Shown one piece after another: positions 60,519-64,000 of a stretch of DNA of 64,000 nt. This stretch comes from Curvularia clavata (Eukaryota). The DNA is taken from positions 1,860,001-1,924,000 of the forward strand of contig CP089279.1 of NCBI GenBank assembly GCA_023920165.1. The letters are read 5' to 3'. Numbering within the stretch: position 1 is the first letter of the stretch; each line of letters opens with the position of its first letter. The position numbers were made by a program, and so were the translations under genes. The notes below the pieces were generated by a model. That model was not told the origin of the DNA, made no database searches, and was given only the letters and a program-made list of their open reading frames with translations.

Positions 60519-63500
60519 CTACGCGCTCGGCTTCTCCCATGCTTCGGCTTCCTCGTCTGGAACCTGCCAGTCGGGACTGCTCATGTGCAAAAGTACTTCG
60601 CTGCGGTGTTGGCGACATGCTTGGGTGGTGGGGTGATGCTCTCCAAGAACAACGTTGTACCCATCACACGCCCTAGTGTACAGATTAAGAGATTCCTTGT
60701 AGTCACCGAGCATCGCAAGCAGATCAGCAAGGTAGTACACGCTAGTAAACGTGTCGGGGTGCTCGGGCCCAAGCACCTTCTCAGATGCTTCTAGATCTCG
60801 TCGATGCATCAATTCTGCCTCCTTATACTTGCCCTGCCTTGACAGTACAATACCAAGGTTATTAACGCTAATAAGCGTGTCAGGGTGCTCGCACCCAAGT
60901 AATCTTTCTCTCACTTCTAGTACTCGTCGATGCATTACTTCTACTTCCTCGTACTTACCCTGTCTTAATAGCACTGACCCAAGATTGTTAACGCTGATAA
61001 GTGTGTCGGGGTGCTCGCGCCCAAGTAACTTCTCTCTTGCTTCTAGCGTTCGTCGATGTATCACTTCTGCTTCCTCGTACTTGCCCTGGCTCTCTAGCAC
61101 TGACCCAAGATCGCTGGCGCTGATGAGCGTGTCGGGGTGCTCGCGCCCAAACAACTTCTCTCTTGCTTCTAGCGCTCGCCGCTCCATCTCTTCTGCCTCC
61201 TCGTACCTGCCCTGGCTCAATAGCACCGGCCCAAGGTTGCTAACGCTTATAAGCGTACGAGGGTCCTCGCGCCCAAGTAACTTCTCTCTTACTTCTAGCA
61301 CTTGTCGAAGCATCACTTCTGCCTCCTCATATTTGCCCTGGCTCAGTAGCACTGAACCAAGATTGTTGACGCTGGAGAGCGTGTCGGGGTGTTCGCGCCC
61401 AATTAACTTCTCTCTTGCTTCTAGCGCTCGTCGATTTATCACTTCTGCTTCGTCGTACTTGCCCTGGCTCAGTAGCACTAACCCAAGATTGTTGATGCTG
61501 GCGAGCGTGTCGGGGTGGTGGTTGCCCAGTACTCTCCTCCTCGACTCCATCACTTGTATATAGAGCTCTTCAGCTCTCTTATATTGGCCATCGCTCCTCA
61601 GAGCCCCAGCGCAATCTTCTGCAAGATTTGTTCTCTCCTCATCATCGTTCTTCTCGCTATGCGACAGTACATATTGAGCGTGCGGTAGCAATCGCCTCCA
61701 TTTGCTTCTATTACTATAGTCGATGTTTGGAAATACTCAGATCAGCTACGTGACTATGCGTTGATTATATTCGTGAAGCCGTCCCTGTATCTGCAGCTGC
61801 TCTCGTAAGACTTAGTGTACCAATTGATAGACGTCAAATGCTGACTCAGCAGGTCGCCTTGTGACAAGCACATACCTATCAAGTGTCATGATCGCATCTA
61901 CACGGGCCTGCGGCGAAGCTGCCTCAAGCAGATCGAGTGGAATATCCTTTCGGTCTACACACGCGGCAAAGTAAAGCTGCTCTACAGCAATGGCGTTGCT
62001 CTGCCGGACTTGACCTATAGAAAGAGATAGTGTAGCAGCTACAGCCTTTCTTAGACCAGACTCTCCATGCTCGCCTTCACGCAAGTCGTCGCTATGCTTA
62101 AGAGCTGCTTGGTTGTATTCGTGTAGTCGTGCTTGGTACTGCTGCACTGTCATATTGCTCGCGTTTATGCACGCTGCCGCTTGCGACACTGCTAGAGGTA
62201 GGTGCGATAGTTCTCTTAGCAGTCGTATAGCTCCCGGCTGCTCAGCATTAGAGAGCGGTGTTGATAGACGGGATTGCAACATCCTCAACGCCGTGTCTGG
62301 CGTCAGCTCACGCAGCGCTACCACATCTTGTGGAGCAAGGGTCCTAGCCGTGTCGCTTTCTGTTGTTGTGAAAATGACAGAACACAGCTTGGATTGTGGC
62401 AGGAAGTTGGCCAAGTCTGTAGTTTCTGCTGCTAACGAGCCGCCATGCTGGACAGTTGTGCCCTCAACATTGTCGAAGATTAGTAAACACTGTCGCGTAT
62501 TCAGCTCTGCTATGCAACGTTTTACAATCTGCTCTATATCTACCTGGTCGTTATTATAACCAGGAATGCCGAGCTTCTGTGCAATACTAGTATAGGACTG
62601 GTTGAGACTGTCTTTATCGCTCGCATCAATCCAGAAGACTGAGCAATGCTTCTGTTTCTTTAGTGTTCTGTGTGCGACTTCGAGCGCGAGCTGCGATTTC
62701 CCTGTTCCGCTAGGCCCAACTATTGCAAGCATCGAGGTACTGTTCTGTGTGTTGCTGAAGAGCTTTGCCTCTAGTTCAGCCAGCTGTAGTTCGCGACCCA
62801 CAAAAGACTTGTTACGCGAGAATGGAATAATTGACGGTGCGCAGTCGGCTCCCTCTACTTCAGCTTGTAGTCTTTCTAACGCACTCTCTCTTCTTTCGCC
62901 ATAGGTTATAGGCATAGAGACGCCAAGAAGTCCAAGCAGGCAGTATACCATGTCTTCTGTCTCGGTCGTTTCGCGACCGCTAACCCATCGCATGCGCTCA
63001 GATATACTAAACTGGTCGAGAGGACAGTTACGTAGCGCTGCGAGTGGAATGCCGGTAATGCTGTGTAGTAGTTGGCCGAGAGAGGTTTTGTCGCCTATAC
63101 GCTGCCCTTCGCACGAGAAGAACTCCACAGATGCTGGCGCTATTAGCTCCTGTAGCGTCCATCCGCGAGTGAACCATTTGCTTCGCCGAAGCGGTACATC
63201 CCAGTCCCTGCATAAGACAGATTCTGTCGCGGTCGAGGTCAAAGTCGAAGTTGAGGTCGATGCTGACACATCTGACAAGAAAACGTAGCATCGTGCCGCA
63301 TTCTTGTACCACTGGAACATGGAGTTGATCGCCTTGGAACGCTCGTTGTTATTCCATCTGTCGATGCAGCATGTGTCGATCCAAAAGTACTGCAGCTCAT
63401 CTCGCGCCACCTGCTCAGCGCAAAAGATAAGTTTCTTATAGCCTTCCTCTCTCTCCCTGTACATTTCGTTCGCTATATCTTCCATAAGGATTTCTGAGTC

Positions 63501-63599
63501 GCTCCATCTGTGCGACAGGACGGCGTAAGGTGGGATCGGCTTGCCGCGAAAGTCTGTCAGGACAAGCCTGCCGAGCGTATCAAAGTGGAGAAGCCGCAT
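60519..63599 (-). pseudogene. Fungal NLR, HET - NB-ARC - TPR architecture, with three in-frame nonsense codons
   Basis: HET motifs PYAVLSHRW, FWIDTCCID, INSMFQWY, WFTRGWTLQELIAP. P-loop GPSGTGKS, VFWIDAS, LLIFDNVE, LPLAVSQAAA. ORFs 61812-63599 and 60519-61691 are in the same frame, with stops at 61812, 61746 and 61737. Confidence 0.9.
60648..61529 (-). repeat. Tandem array of ~7 x 126-bp (42-aa) TPR repeats
   Basis: Consensus LGREHPDTLISVNNLGSVLLSQGKYEEAEVMHRRALEAREKL; high nucleotide similarity between units. Confidence 0.93.
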
Positions 63600-64000
63600 G
63601 ACATGTAGAATTCAGCTTGATTTTACCATGGAGAGAGATGAGTGAATGACTTTATCGTGTTCGGTGTAGTACAACAAGGTCGTGTTGGCGCAGAGGAGGC
63701 GTAAGCTGGACTGCTGAGAAGGCAACCTGGCGAGGCAGTGCCTGCGACTAGGCTGAATGGGCTGGCTACATAACGTGCCCAGCGATAGACGCTGCTAAGC
63801 CTCACGATCTGCAATTTAGGCAGTTCTTGCCTTGCAAATCCATTCCTTGATGAAGGGTACGCATAAGCAGAGTAACTTAGCATTGAACAAAGCAGATCTA
63901 TCGTTGCAGCGCTGTCGCGGTACCAGGGTCGAAGAGGGAGCTTTCAAAAAGGCGTGAATTGTGCGAACGCAAAATCAGTACTGTGCTGCATATGTGAAAT

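Noticed and set aside
60751..61563. 270-aa repetitive ORF on the + strand
   Set aside because: Antisense shadow of the TPR array.
61700..61820. Intron that would remove the three NLR stop codons
   Set aside because: The donor GTACAC and branch site are weak, and the intervening sequence translates as a typical NB-ARC/TPR linker, so it appears coding. Not fully excluded without RNA data.

Overview
Eukaryotic fungal DNA: intron-rich, with GT-AG introns and CTAAC/CTGAC branch sites. Gene content and style suggest a filamentous ascomycete, probably a Pleosporales Dothideomycete (inference). Most of the window is housekeeping genes: Mug190-like SMP/C2 protein, GlcNAc-6-P deacetylase, MRS6, BNA3, MGS1, DPH1, YeeE/YedE, SEC6, DPH3, frataxin, APS3, CE1 acetylxylan esterase, UTP5-like, BDF1, RVB1, SDH8 and a carboxylesterase. 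Two immune-like accessory loci interrupt them. (1) At ~20.8-28.5 kb there is a head-to-head gene pair. One gene encodes C2H2 zinc fingers, NLR-type TPR repeats and three appended chromatin modules (ING-type PHD finger, SANT/Myb, Sgf29-type tandem Tudor); it is split by a precisely inserted, RIP-mutated pogo/Fot1 transposon. Its partner has a HeLo-like N-terminus and a kinase-C-lobe-like C-terminus. This pair is the best candidate for an undescribed 'integrated-decoy sensor + executioner' system. (2) At 60.5-63.6 kb there is a HET-NB-ARC-TPR NLR with three clustered C-to-T nonsense codons. Smaller observations: an intronic box C/D snoRNA (snR62/U34-like) in MRS6, a GC-AG intron, a splicing-dependent GPI tail on the carboxylesterase, and an overlapping uORF at the BDF1 start. 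All family assignments come from motif recognition by eye; no database searches were run.
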